From: an uncultured Bacteroides sp.
GTDB taxonomy: Bacteria; Bacteroidota; Bacteroidia; Bacteroidales; Muribaculaceae
Assembly (NCBI GenBank): GCA_964438665.1
Contig: CAYTLU010000165.1
Coordinates: 1 to 47,086 of the forward strand
Direction: 5' to 3'
DNA length: 47,086 nt
Below, in pieces: positions 1 through 9,943 of the stretch. The notes beneath the pieces were generated by a model. It saw only the letters and a list, made by a program, of their open reading frames with translations, was not told the DNA's origin and made no database searches. Each line of letters starts with the position of its first letter. Within the stretch, counting starts at the first letter, position 1. The translations under genes and the position numbers were made by a program.

Positions 1-1
1 G

Positions 2-619
2 CTTGACAAGATCGCACAACAGAGCGACCGCATCCTGACACGCCTATGCGCCATCTCCGACCGGCGTGACATGGCAATATGCGGAAGCCTTGTGGTCAAA
101 GACGATGGGAAGCTGTTTAACCGGGGATTCATTGTCACACCTGATGGGAAAATCTCATTTTACGACAAGCGCCACCTCTTCAGCGCAGGCAGCGAAAGCG
201 ATATCATCACAGCCGGAGAGAAGCAATCGCCAATCATTGAATTCCGCTCATGGAAGTTGAAAATGGCCATTTGCTATGACATTCGCTTCCCGGTCTGGAA
301 CCGCAGCCGCTCGCTTGACTACGATGCACTCATCGTACCGGCCAACTGGCCTCATTCCAGATTCTATGCATGGAAACACATGCTCATTGCGCGTGCCATC
401 GAAAATCAAACCTATGTGCTTGGCTGCAACCGTGAAGGCAAAGACCATTACGGCGAATATCAACGCGGCGACTCTCTGATTCTCGACAATTGGGGCAAAC
501 CGGCAGGCAAAACCTGCGATGACGGAACCGTCTGCACAGTTCTTGAAGCAGACCGCCTCAATGCTGCCAGAAATTTCTTCACCCCCTGGCGCGATGCCGA
601 TGATTTCGCAATTCTATAA
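2..619 (+). CDS. Carbon-nitrogen hydrolase (nitrilase superfamily, omega-amidase/YafV-like); 5'-truncated by window edge
   Basis: Frame is open from position 2. Catalytic motifs YDKRHLF (Lys) and ICYDIRFP (Cys), plus ANWP and ARAIENQ. Confidence 0.9.
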   Translation, partial: LDKIAQQSDRILTRLCAISDRRDMAICGSLVVKDDGKLFNRGFIVTPDGKISFYDKRHLFSAGSESDIITAGEKQSPIIEFRSWKLKMAICYDIRFPVWNRSRSLDYDALIVPANWPHSRFYAWKHMLIARAIENQTYVLGCNREGKDHYGEYQRGDSLILDNWGKPAGKTCDDGTVCTVLEADRLNAARNFFTPWRDADDFAIL

Positions 620-627
620 AACCATTG

Positions 628-1215
628 TCACCGGCAGGCCAACGAAGCAAGCAAGTTCTCGATGCGGGGAAGCAATGGGCTGCAGCCATCATTGGGAATC
701 CTCACCACATGCGGATGACAACGCCCCGCAACGAATCCGCTCTGCGCATTAATCCGGCTTTCGACCTGCCGGCGCGACAAACCGCTGCGCTCCATCACCC
801 TGTCAATCCTCAATCCGACAGGCGCGTCAACCTCCCACACAACATCGGCCATTGCATCAAGACCGCTCTGATACAGAATTGCAGTCTCCACAAACGCGAG
901 ATCACGGCCGCAGCTCCACTGCCGTATGTCATTTCTAACCGCCTCATGAACCAGCGCATTGAGACGCTCCAACTTATCGGCATCCGCAAACACGGCATCC
1001 GCAAGTCTTTTGCGGTCAATCACCCAATCGGCGGTTATCGCATCACGGCATATTTCTTCTGCGATAGCCTGCTTTATCGGCCGGCTTTCGTCCATGATTT
1101 TCTTTGCACGCGAATCGCAGTCATAGACTTCATAACCCAGCGCACGCAGAATCTCACTGACCACGCTCTTCCCGGCTCCGATTCCGCCCGTAATGGCTAT
1201 CAATTTGTTATTCAT
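628..1215 (-). CDS. coaE: Dephospho-CoA kinase
   Basis: Starts MNNKLIAITGGIGAGKS (P-loop); also YDCDSRAK, LNALVH and ETAILYQSG. ATG at 1215 chosen over the upstream extension that overlaps the ybbR-like gene. Confidence 0.95.
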   Translation of the reverse strand: MNNKLIAITGGIGAGKSVVSEILRALGYEVYDCDSRAKKIMDESRPIKQAIAEEICRDAITADWVIDRKRLADAVFADADKLERLNALVHEAVRNDIRQWSCGRDLAFVETAILYQSGLDAMADVVWEVDAPVGLRIDRVMERSGLSRRQVESRINAQSGFVAGRCHPHVVRIPNDGCSPLLPRIENLLASLACR

Positions 1216-1225
1216 GCCGAAACCG

Positions 1226-2206
1226 TTATCGTTCAACGACATACTCGACACTATCCTGAGACACTGACACAATCCTGTAGCCACCGGGCATCGACTCAAT
1301 ATCGACAGGGGCATAGCGGGAGTCTGAATTGATCTTATTGTAGTCAATGACCGCATGCGCAGCCAGAGACTGCCCGCTCAGGCGCATCGGGACAAGATAA
1401 CTGACCTCCACCGATGATGGATATGTTATCAGCCTTGCATTTTCAGGCACATTGACAGCCGTGATGGGCAATGAACATTTTTTCGACACCAAAAGCTCAA
1501 TCGGGACGGTCACTCTGACAGATTCCGGAATAATCCTCAAACCGGGGATTTTCTTAATCGCCACCTCGCTCACAAGCGTATCCGAAAGGTCGTGACGCTG
1601 AAGAAGTTCCGTCTCTACATAGTCAATCGGCGGCTGCTCGCCGGTCAGGGTAAAGACTCTGACCGAATCCAATGCCGCCACCACAGGGCCGCTCACAACA
1701 CTGTTTGAACTGGGGGTAATTTTCACATAGATTTTAAGCGGCACCATGTATCCCTTACCGGAAGTGTAGGCAAGGCGAATCGAATCCGGATTGACCGACA
1801 CCACGCTCACGCCCTGACCGAAAATATCGCGGATGCGGCTGTCTATCTTCGACCGCGTGAGCAAAATGCGGTTGCCCGGTCCGGAATATTGCCGGAAATC
1901 AATCTGCATAGTGGGCAGCGAAACAAAATAATATCTGAAAAACTGTATTCCCTTGCCCTTGACCACGACATTGACATGTTTCGGCGCATCATTTATAACT
2001 ACAACGCTGTCAGGCACATTTATAAACTCGACCGGAATTTCATAATCGCGTTCGGCCGTTTCATCCAACGTTATTATACCCCAAAAAAAGAACGCGACAA
2101 CGAAACACAACAGATAAAGCACCAGATTGCGCCCCTTTCTGGTGTGCAACTTGCGGTTGACCGAACCTACCGTGCGGCTGACCAATCTGCGCGGCGACTT
2201 TTCCAT
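1226..2206 (-). CDS. YbbR/CdaR-like domain membrane-anchored protein
   Basis: N-terminal TM helix (LYLLCFVVAFFFWGII) followed by beta-rich YbbR-type repeats (IPVEFINVP, LPITAVNVP, TYPSSVEV). Sits in the usual Bacteroidota nusB-yajC-ybbR-coaE context. Confidence 0.8.
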   Translation of the reverse strand: MEKSPRRLVSRTVGSVNRKLHTRKGRNLVLYLLCFVVAFFFWGIITLDETAERDYEIPVEFINVPDSVVVINDAPKHVNVVVKGKGIQFFRYYFVSLPTMQIDFRQYSGPGNRILLTRSKIDSRIRDIFGQGVSVVSVNPDSIRLAYTSGKGYMVPLKIYVKITPSSNSVVSGPVVAALDSVRVFTLTGEQPPIDYVETELLQRHDLSDTLVSEVAIKKIPGLRIIPESVRVTVPIELLVSKKCSLPITAVNVPENARLITYPSSVEVSYLVPMRLSGQSLAAHAVIDYNKINSDSRYAPVDIESMPGGYRIVSVSQDSVEYVVER

Positions 2207-2223
2207 AGAGATATAGTTAGATT

Positions 2224-2253
2224 AAAAAAGCCGCCGCACAATTGCAGCGGCTT
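2224..2253 (-). terminator. Intrinsic terminator after yajC
   Basis: Minus strand reads AAGCCGCTGC-AATTGT-GCGGCGGCTT followed by a T run. Confidence 0.7.
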
Positions 2254-2271
2254 CTATGAAAAATCAAAAAG

Positions 2272-2571
2272 TCAGTCTTTCTTGCTCTCTGCGTTCACAT
2301 CGGTCTGAGCCTCAGCAGCTGAAGGATATACCGAACCTTTGTCTATTGTGATGTTCACACCATTGGCGATTTCAATCACAAACGTGGTTTCCTTCACCGA
2401 ACGCACCTTGCCATAAATGCCGCCGGCAGTCACAACGCGGTCACCCGACTGGACTCCCTCACGGAATTTGCGTATTTCTTTCTGACGTTTCTGCTGCGGA
2501 CGGATCATAAAGAAGTAAAAAACAACCACCAGCAGCACAATCATTATAATGCTTTCCATTCCATTTCCCAT
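2272..2571 (-). CDS. yajC: Preprotein translocase subunit YajC
   Basis: FYFFMIRPQQKRQK and GDRVVTAGGIYGKV signatures. Confidence 0.97.
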   Translation of the reverse strand: MGNGMESIIMIVLLVVVFYFFMIRPQQKRQKEIRKFREGVQSGDRVVTAGGIYGKVRSVKETTFVIEIANGVNITIDKGSVYPSAAEAQTDVNAESKKD

Positions 2572-2639
2572 ATCTTTTTCAATTTAAGTTATACAATTTA
2601 AAACACACGGCGTGTGTATGCGAATTTACTATTTATTTT

Positions 2640-4064
2640 TTAATTTTTATTGAGTTTGCCCTCATTTTTTAGATAATTAATCACGGAAAAAAGTATTCCG
2701 TTGATAAACTGGCCGCTTTTAGGCGTGCTGTAACAGTTGGCTATCTCGATATACTCGTTGAGCGTAACGGCAATCGGAATTGCAGGATAGTTAAGCAACT
2801 CTGAGATTGATGCGGTCATAATGACAACATCCATGAAAGCCAGACGATCAGCATCCCACTGACGGCGGTCGATAAAGCGGTCAATATAACTGCGGTATTC
2901 CTCAAAATGCCCTACGGTGTCAACAAAAAGCTCATTGCCGAACGCCGCATCCTCCTCATCCTTAAACTGAGGCAACAACACTTTTCCCGCAACTGACTGA
3001 TCGGCAAAGCGGCGTATGGTCTTCATCACGAAAGTCCCTACGATGTCAAGGTCATCATTCCAATAGACCGACAGATTTTCCAACGCCTCGGCAAGATCAT
3101 CGCTTGGGAGTATCACAGTTCTGAATATGTTGCGCCAAAACTCGCAGTCAGATTTCAAATCGGTTGAATCGGCCTCCATATATTCCTTATAAATATCGGA
3201 AGCGAGTATCTTGCTCAGGAACGAACGCAGAAGCACCGGATCATCATTCCACGAGAATGGGTGGTCTGTCATGAACCCTTTCAAATCCTCATCCTCCGAA
3301 AGAAGCTTTACCAATCCGTTTTCGACAAAACGCATATTGGGATTCAGATCATCGGCCGTTGCCAGAAACTTATGCCGGGCGGCATCCAGCCGCTGATCTT
3401 CAAGCCGGACAAGCTCCACAGGCAGAGCAAGCAACGCATGATAAAGTTCATAAGCTTTGTCGAGCGAACGTTTGAGCGCATTTATTGCCGACACGTAACG
3501 GCCACGGAAATCGCCCGCTTCTTCAACAGCGGAAGATGTCATCATCAAAGCATCCTCAAAACCTTTGGTTGAAAACAACTCGGAATTGCGCGCCAATGCC
3601 ATAAGCTCAGGACTTTTCGCAAAAATGGAGTTGACAATAGTTGTCCAGAATTTGACATCATCCGCCAATTCATGGTTTTTAAGGCGGATGAAGCTGCGAT
3701 ATGCTGCCGAACGGACAATCTGATTGTAAATATCCGAAATCAAGGCATCACTATAGCGTCCGGAAAAACCGGTTTTCACAGCGACCATACGCAAATCACG
3801 GTCTGTCCACAGCAATTTCCCGATACGGTTTGCCGAAAGATAACGATTGTCATCGACTCCGCTTATAACACGCGCCTCAGGGACAACACGCATTCCCGAC
3901 AACCGAACGATCATCAACAGAAGATCTGCATATAATTCGTATGCAAACCGTTTGTCGCGAGTGGCATTTTCAGGCACAGGCTGTAATTTGAACTCTCCTT
4001 GCGTCAGCAGATAGCTGTAAAGCATCTGGATCACTTTAATTCGGATTAAAACGCGATTTATCAT
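2640..4064 (-). CDS. nusB: Transcription antitermination factor NusB, Bacteroidota long form with internal duplication (474 aa)
   Basis: MINRVLIRIKVIQ start; C-terminal NusB motifs WDADRLAFMD, IPIAVTLNEYIEIA and SGQFINGIL. Confidence 0.92.
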   Translation of the reverse strand: MINRVLIRIKVIQMLYSYLLTQGEFKLQPVPENATRDKRFAYELYADLLLMIVRLSGMRVVPEARVISGVDDNRYLSANRIGKLLWTDRDLRMVAVKTGFSGRYSDALISDIYNQIVRSAAYRSFIRLKNHELADDVKFWTTIVNSIFAKSPELMALARNSELFSTKGFEDALMMTSSAVEEAGDFRGRYVSAINALKRSLDKAYELYHALLALPVELVRLEDQRLDAARHKFLATADDLNPNMRFVENGLVKLLSEDEDLKGFMTDHPFSWNDDPVLLRSFLSKILASDIYKEYMEADSTDLKSDCEFWRNIFRTVILPSDDLAEALENLSVYWNDDLDIVGTFVMKTIRRFADQSVAGKVLLPQFKDEEDAAFGNELFVDTVGHFEEYRSYIDRFIDRRQWDADRLAFMDVVIMTASISELLNYPAIPIAVTLNEYIEIANCYSTPKSGQFINGILFSVINYLKNEGKLNKN

Positions 4065-4114
4065 GACTTGGATGTTGTCTGAATTTAAATGTGCTATTGT
4101 CCAATTTTATGCTG

Positions 4115-4122
4115 CAAAGTTA
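4115..4122 (-). promoter_or_regulatory. Bacteroidota -7 promoter element (TAACTTTG) for the nusB operon
   Basis: Exact TAnnTTTG on the minus strand, 50 nt upstream of the nusB ATG. Confidence 0.7.
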
Positions 4123-4175
4123 GCTATTTTCACCGATATATCAGCTATCTTCGGACATATAAACAGTCTGCACGA

Positions 4176-5243
4176 TCATTTTTCTGCCGTATCGGCATCC
4201 GCCGCACACGATTCTTCTGCCGGCGGCATGTGATTGAATCCTTGGGCGCGAAGCTGCATTTCAACGCCATCGCGGGTCACCATAGCACATCCCAATTCCG
4301 GCTTTGTCACATATCCGATCACCTTTATACCGTCAATCTTCTGAAGTTTGTCATGAAAATGGAGCGGAGCAGTGAACACCAGTTCATAGTCCTCCCCGCC
4401 ATTCATTGCCGCCGTCACAAGATTCATATTGACCTCCTCAGCCATCACCGCGGTCTGATAGTCGATCGGAATACGATCCTCATATATCCGGCATCCGGCA
4501 TTGCTGGCCTTGCAGATATGCAGCAGCTCGGAAGAAAGTCCGTCACTGACATCCATCATCGCCGTCGGAACAATTCCGGCCGCATCCAGATCCTTTATAA
4601 TATCCCTGCGGGCTTCCGGCTTCAGCTGCCGTTCAATAAGATATTCCTTTCCCTCGAATTGGGGGACAAAATCTTTCTGACCGGCCCCAACGTTTTTCTC
4701 GCGCTCAAGCAACTGCAATCCCATATATGCCGCACCCAGATCGCCGGAGACGCAAATAAGATCCGTATCTTTCGCTCCGGAACGCATCACCACCTTATCT
4801 TTAGGAGCATCTCCGATACAGGTCACGCTTATGACCAATCCGGATCGAGATGCTGTTGTGTCGCCGCCAACGAGATCCACGCCGTAGATCTCACAAGCCA
4901 GACGAATTCCGGAATACAGTTCCTCGATATGCTCAACCGTGAATCGCGAAGAAATACCGAGCGACACCGTTATCTGGCGCGGTGTTCCGTTCATCGCATA
5001 AATATCGGAGAAATTGACAACCGCGGCTTTATAACCAAGATGCTTCAAAGGCACATAGGTCAGGTCGAAATGCACGCCCTCGACCAGCAAGTCAGTGCTG
5101 ACAAGCACTTCGGTGTCAGGATAGCGCAACACCGCCGCATCATCGCCGACTCCGACCACTGTCGAGCCATTGACATGACTGATGCCCTCAGTAATCCGGT
5201 CGATGAGTCCAAACTCACCGACCGTTGAAATTTCCGTTTCCAT
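4176..5243 (-). CDS. thiL: Thiamine-monophosphate kinase
   Basis: GEFGLIDRI, GVGDDAAV, NFSDIYAMNG, LVGGDTT, MMDVSDGL and GGEDYELVF motifs. Confidence 0.96.
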   Translation of the reverse strand: METEISTVGEFGLIDRITEGISHVNGSTVVGVGDDAAVLRYPDTEVLVSTDLLVEGVHFDLTYVPLKHLGYKAAVVNFSDIYAMNGTPRQITVSLGISSRFTVEHIEELYSGIRLACEIYGVDLVGGDTTASRSGLVISVTCIGDAPKDKVVMRSGAKDTDLICVSGDLGAAYMGLQLLEREKNVGAGQKDFVPQFEGKEYLIERQLKPEARRDIIKDLDAAGIVPTAMMDVSDGLSSELLHICKASNAGCRIYEDRIPIDYQTAVMAEEVNMNLVTAAMNGGEDYELVFTAPLHFHDKLQKIDGIKVIGYVTKPELGCAMVTRDGVEMQLRAQGFNHMPPAEESCAADADTAEK

Positions 5244-5251
5244 ATCGTGGT

Positions 5252-6067
5252 TTATTCTGCGCGCTCAACCAGTTCACGCATAATCTCCATCATTTTGGGC
5301 TGAGCTGCCTGAGCTGCCTTCTGCACCTCTTCATGGGTGGGCACCTCCGTAACATCCTTGCCGCCAAGGTCTGTTATGACAGAAACGCCAAACACTCTCA
5401 TGCCAGCATGGTTGGCGACAATCACTTCCGGAACGGTTGACATGCCAACGGCATCACCACCGATAATGCGGAAGAACTCATATTCAGCCGGGGTCTCGAA
5501 TGTCGGACCAGGAACGCCGACATAAACACCGTGCATCACTCTGATTCCTTTTTCCGCAGCAATCTCATCAGCCAGTTTAATCAGTTTGTGGTCATAGGCT
5601 TCTGTCATCGCCGGGAAACGCGGGCCAAGGCGATTGTCATTCTTTCCGCGCAGCGGATTTTCCGGAAAATGGTTGATATGGTCTGTGATAATCATCACAT
5701 CACCCACCCGGAAGTCCTTGTTCATGCCACCGGCCGCATTGCTGACAAAAAGGGTATTTATGCCAAGCTGCTTCATTACGCGCACCGGAAACGTCACCTG
5801 CTTCATGTCATATCCTTCATAATAATGGAAACGACCCTGCATTGCCATCACCGGCTTGCTGCCAAGACGTCCGAAAATCAAATTTCCGCTATGGCCCTCA
5901 ACTGTCGATACCGGGAAATTGGGAATTTCCGTGTAAGGGATATACTTTTTATCTTCAATATGATCTACAAGTGCGCCCAGGCCTGTGCCAAGGATAATAG
6001 CCGTATCGGGCATCGCACCTACTTTTGCTTTGATATAATCAGCAGTTTCTTGAATTTTGGTCAACAT
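5252..6067 (-). CDS. punA: Purine-nucleoside phosphorylase (trimeric, inosine/guanosine type)
   Basis: ILGTGLG, STVEGHSG, QGRFHYYEGY, GPTFETPAE and DAVGMSTVPE motifs. Confidence 0.95.
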   Translation of the reverse strand: MLTKIQETADYIKAKVGAMPDTAIILGTGLGALVDHIEDKKYIPYTEIPNFPVSTVEGHSGNLIFGRLGSKPVMAMQGRFHYYEGYDMKQVTFPVRVMKQLGINTLFVSNAAGGMNKDFRVGDVMIITDHINHFPENPLRGKNDNRLGPRFPAMTEAYDHKLIKLADEIAAEKGIRVMHGVYVGVPGPTFETPAEYEFFRIIGGDAVGMSTVPEVIVANHAGMRVFGVSVITDLGGKDVTEVPTHEEVQKAAQAAQPKMMEIMRELVERAE

Positions 6068-6162
6068 GATTTTAATATTTCAACAATGATTTAACAATTT
6101 GTTTCAGCTTTTTGTTTTAAGTCACTTGCCGCAGACTCTATTCCATCCGGCCCGACACAGGC

Positions 6163-7269
6163 TTATCCGTGAAAGCGGCGTTCTGTTCTCAGCAACTGCT
6201 CTATGATTTCCTCCAGCGGCTTGTCGTTATAGTCCTTGAAGCTGACTTTAATCGGCATATAATATGTCACAGCCCTGAGTTCCGGCGGGAAATAGGGATT
6301 GTTTTTCAGCCTGACAGCATCCTTTTCAGTTGTCACCACAATCTTGCGGTCGCCCGACATAGAGGTATATCTATGCAAGATGTTCACCATATCCGAATGG
6401 GTGAAATTATGATGGTCAACAAACCGCCTTACCTTAACCATCGCATCATATTTGCGAAGCTGCCTGACGAAAGGTCTCGGATTTGCCACTCCGGTCACGG
6501 CAAGGACAGCATCATCCGGTGTCAGCCTGTTAAGCTGCATCAAATCGCCGGGTCTGACATTCTCCGGGAAAACCGGCTCGATAGGCAGATAGACATAGCT
6601 TGAAAAAAGAAGTTTCTGATAGGGGAACAAATTCAAATTAGTCTTGAACACGCGGGTCTCCATCGGCTTCATCGTCTCCGGACACTTGGTGACGATCACA
6701 ATATCGGCACGATTGAACGCGCTCACCGGCTCACGCAGCCGTCCATAAGGAAGCAGATGGTCATTATAGGCCGGTCTGTTATATTCCATCAGCACCACCG
6801 ACACCGAAGGCTTGACATAGCGATGCTGGAATGCATCATCAAGCACAATCAAATCCAGATCGGGGATCAGCCTGCGCATCTCGCGGATGCCGTTGACCCG
6901 CTTTTCGCAGACAGCCACAGCCACTCCTTCCCTGCGGAACTTATGATATATCTGATACGGCTCGTCGCCAATGTCCCCGACATGCGAATTGGTTGTCGCC
7001 AACACAAATCCGCGAGTCTTGCGCCTATAGCCACGGCTCAGCACACCAATCTTGAAATGTCGGCACAGTGCATTGACAATATATTCCGTGTGGGGGGTCT
7101 TTCCCGCACCACCCATAGCGATATTCCCTACCACAATCACCGGAATATCAAAAGACTCCTGCTTTAGCAGCCCACGGTCGAACATCATGTTCCGTACAGC
7201 CATGACCATGCCATAAATCTTGCTTATGGGATAAAGCAGAAACAGCGACAGTATTTTGTTTTTGGCCAT
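6163..7269 (-). CDS. lpxK: Tetraacyldisaccharide 4'-kinase
   Basis: VGNIAMGGAGKTP, LSRGY, GDEP, LDDAFQH, LLPYGRLRE and TTEKDAVRL motifs. Confidence 0.96.
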   Translation of the reverse strand: MAKNKILSLFLLYPISKIYGMVMAVRNMMFDRGLLKQESFDIPVIVVGNIAMGGAGKTPHTEYIVNALCRHFKIGVLSRGYRRKTRGFVLATTNSHVGDIGDEPYQIYHKFRREGVAVAVCEKRVNGIREMRRLIPDLDLIVLDDAFQHRYVKPSVSVVLMEYNRPAYNDHLLPYGRLREPVSAFNRADIVIVTKCPETMKPMETRVFKTNLNLFPYQKLLFSSYVYLPIEPVFPENVRPGDLMQLNRLTPDDAVLAVTGVANPRPFVRQLRKYDAMVKVRRFVDHHNFTHSDMVNILHRYTSMSGDRKIVVTTEKDAVRLKNNPYFPPELRAVTYYMPIKVSFKDYNDKPLEEIIEQLLRTERRFHG

Positions 7270-7316
7270 GTTGATGCAGTTATATTTTGATTCCGCCGAT
7301 TAAATATTTCAGTCAA

Positions 7317-9080
7317 TCACCTCAAATAGATATAATTGACGCGGCACTGAAGCGGATACATCGAACGGATGCGCTTTACGGCCTCGCCATATATTTTCGG
7401 AGATATGGTCAGCGATGATCCCAACGCCGCATATATCTCGCTGTCTGACATCTTGAACAACGGCTCCCACCATTGCGGAGTATAGATCGGATATTGCTCA
7501 ATGACAAGTTCTTCATACTTAACACCAAGTTCTTTGGCCATTGCCGTAAGAGTCTCACGCAGGCCGCCGAGTTCATCGACCAATCCGGCTTCGAGAGCGC
7601 TTGTTCCGGCCCATACACGACCCTGAGCCACCTCTTTGACCTCAGCGGTTGTCATGCCGCGCGATTCGGCCACACGCTTGACAAACAGTTCATAGCCACG
7701 ATCGACATACATCTGCATGGCCGCCCGCTGCCCTTCGTCCATCGGAGCGAAGAAACTCGGGAAATTGCCGGTATTCGTTGTCAGAGTGACTGTGTTAACG
7801 CCAAGTTTGTCCTTCAACAGTTTTCCGGCATTGGGTATTATACCGAATATGCCGATTGAACCTGTAAGCGTCATAGGCGAAGCGAAAATCTTATCAGCCC
7901 CGCATGAAATATAGTAGCCGCCGGATGCAGCCATATCGCCCATCGAGACATAGAACGGATTGCCGGTCTCTGACTTATATTGTTCGAGAGCTTCCCATAT
8001 CTGTTCGGAAGCAAACGCGCTGCCGCCACCGCTATTGACACGAAGCACCAGGCCGGAGATTGTCTTATCCTTGGCTAGTTCCAATATCTCCGGCACCAGA
8101 CGGTCAGATGCTATACCGCCTTCGCCGTTTTCGGTGATGTCGCCCTGTGCATAAAGCACGGCTACCTTTGTTCCGTCTTTACCGGCAGGAACAAGCAGGT
8201 CAGATGCTATATAATCTTGAAAATCCACATACTGGAGTTCCTTTGTCCCGGTCTTCGCCAGCACCTTGTCATCAAGCTGGCGACGATAAAGCAATCCGTT
8301 GACCAGCTTGTCTGCAACATAGGTAGAACATGGCTGCGCAAACTCATATCGCTCAGCCCAAGCATTGATGCTGTCAGTCTCAACCTTCCGTCCCTTGGCA
8401 ATCACTCCGCGCATACTGTCCCACAGACGATTCAGAAAATGCAGCGTCTGCTCACGGTTAGCCTCGCTTATATCATTGAGCGAGAACGGCTCCACTGCAC
8501 TTTTATATGTTCCGACTTTGACCACCTGAGCTTCAACACCGATCTTATCAAGCAGATCTTTAAAGAAAAACATTGATCCGCCGAGTCCATGCACATCGAC
8601 CATTCCGACCGGATTGACATACACCGAATCAGCTGCCGTAGCTATGAAATAATCAGCCTGAGAATAATTATCGGCGTAGGCCCATATCCATTTTTTTGAA
8701 GTTTTGAAATCATTGAGAGCCCTGATTATCTCGCCACACTGAGCCAGACCGGCATCCACACCGGAAGAGCAATCAAGCAATATGCCGGCAATCTTGTCAT
8801 CTTTTTTAGCCTTTTGTATGGCATTGACAATGTCAGTCATTGACAAGCGTTCTTCGCCACTACTCTGCAAAGCATCCTGAAAACTGCGGCTGTAGGCTCT
8901 ATCTATCATAACGCCCGACAGATCTATCCTCAAAACGCTTCCACTCTTGATATCAGCCGGCTTTGAAATCATATTATTCACCAGGGCTACAAACGTCAGA
9001 AAAACAAGAAGCCCGCCCAGCATCACCGACAACCATATTCCGGCCATCGTACCCAAGAAACTGTATAAAAACTTTTTCAT
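7317..9080 (-). CDS. sppA: Signal peptide peptidase A (protease IV, 67K type)
   Basis: N-terminal TM helix; KVGTYKSAVEP, RVNSGGGSAFASE, AASGGYYIS, TGSIGIFG and AQGRVW motifs. Confidence 0.96.
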   Translation of the reverse strand: MKKFLYSFLGTMAGIWLSVMLGGLLVFLTFVALVNNMISKPADIKSGSVLRIDLSGVMIDRAYSRSFQDALQSSGEERLSMTDIVNAIQKAKKDDKIAGILLDCSSGVDAGLAQCGEIIRALNDFKTSKKWIWAYADNYSQADYFIATAADSVYVNPVGMVDVHGLGGSMFFFKDLLDKIGVEAQVVKVGTYKSAVEPFSLNDISEANREQTLHFLNRLWDSMRGVIAKGRKVETDSINAWAERYEFAQPCSTYVADKLVNGLLYRRQLDDKVLAKTGTKELQYVDFQDYIASDLLVPAGKDGTKVAVLYAQGDITENGEGGIASDRLVPEILELAKDKTISGLVLRVNSGGGSAFASEQIWEALEQYKSETGNPFYVSMGDMAASGGYYISCGADKIFASPMTLTGSIGIFGIIPNAGKLLKDKLGVNTVTLTTNTGNFPSFFAPMDEGQRAAMQMYVDRGYELFVKRVAESRGMTTAEVKEVAQGRVWAGTSALEAGLVDELGGLRETLTAMAKELGVKYEELVIEQYPIYTPQWWEPLFKMSDSEIYAALGSSLTISPKIYGEAVKRIRSMYPLQCRVNYIYLR

Positions 9081-9148
9081 TTCAGAAATTACCTATAATG
9101 CATCAGGCATAACCGGTCGGCTATCAGCCTACACACAATGCCAACATA

Positions 9149-9156
9149 CAAAAGTA
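9149..9156 (-). promoter_or_regulatory. -7 promoter element (TACTTTTG) for sppA-lpxK-punA-thiL
   Basis: TAnnTTTG match in the AT-rich intergenic region upstream of sppA. Confidence 0.6.
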
Positions 9157-9246
9157 ATGATTTTTACAATTATATGCGATTATATTGCCAAAATTTTTCC
9201 ATCAAGAAATAATATTGTCAGATAACGGACAAATCCGATTCATGAT

Positions 9247-9933
9247 TCACAGATAGTAATTCGACACGACCTTCATACGGCCATCGACCTCAAACACCCA
9301 CGGCCGTCCTGTCGGAATCTCAATATCAATAATTTCTGCCACAGTCAAATGCTGCATAATCATGGCCAGACCGCGGAGACTGTTGCCATGCGCCGCCACC
9401 AGAGCCGTGTCATACAGTTGCAGCGATGGGACAATCTTCTCCTCCCAACAGCAACGGACTCGCCCGATAGTGTCACGAAGCGATTCCGCCAATGGAAGTT
9501 CATCGGCGGTCAATGCCTTATATCGCGGATCATTGCCGGGATAGCGAGGATCATCAGCCGTGAGTGGCGGCGGAGTCTCATCAAAACTCCTGCGCCATTC
9601 GTGAACCGTGGCCTCGCCATACTCCCTGGCTGTCGATTCCTTATCAAGACCTTGAAGCGCACCGTAATGACGTTCGTTCAGATGCCAGTCCTTGACCACC
9701 GGAATCCAGTCGCATCCCATTTGTTCACATGCTATCTGCTGAGTGTGTATGGCGCGACGAAGATATGACGTGAAACAGATATCCGGCACAATACCGGCAT
9801 TTTTCATCAGCTTTCCTGCAACGGCAGCCTCCTGCCGCCCAAGATCAGAAAGGTCGATATCCGTCCATCCGGTAAAACGGTTTTCAAGATTCCACAGGCT
9901 TTGGCCGTGGCGGAGAAACACTATTTTCTTCAT
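9247..9933 (-). CDS. gpmA: 2,3-bisphosphoglycerate-dependent phosphoglycerate mutase
   Basis: LRHGQSLWNLENRFTGWTD, LNERHYGALQG and AAHGNSLR motifs. ATG at 9933. Confidence 0.96.
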   Translation of the reverse strand: MKKIVFLRHGQSLWNLENRFTGWTDIDLSDLGRQEAAVAGKLMKNAGIVPDICFTSYLRRAIHTQQIACEQMGCDWIPVVKDWHLNERHYGALQGLDKESTAREYGEATVHEWRRSFDETPPPLTADDPRYPGNDPRYKALTADELPLAESLRDTIGRVRCCWEEKIVPSLQLYDTALVAAHGNSLRGLAMIMQHLTVAEIIDIEIPTGRPWVFEVDGRMKVVSNYYL

Positions 9934-9943
9934 TAACCATACG

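Noticed and set aside
1226..2206. YbbR/CdaR-like gene as a c-di-AMP module
   Set aside because: No diadenylate cyclase is adjacent; this is the ordinary Bacteroidota nusB-yajC-ybbR-coaE block.
4089..5228. 379-aa + strand ORF, and similar long ORFs such as 625-1332, 11800-12639, 28104-28718 and 42947-43765
   Set aside because: They lie antisense to well-conserved genes, have no recognisable motifs and show shadow-ORF composition (rich in H, R and I).
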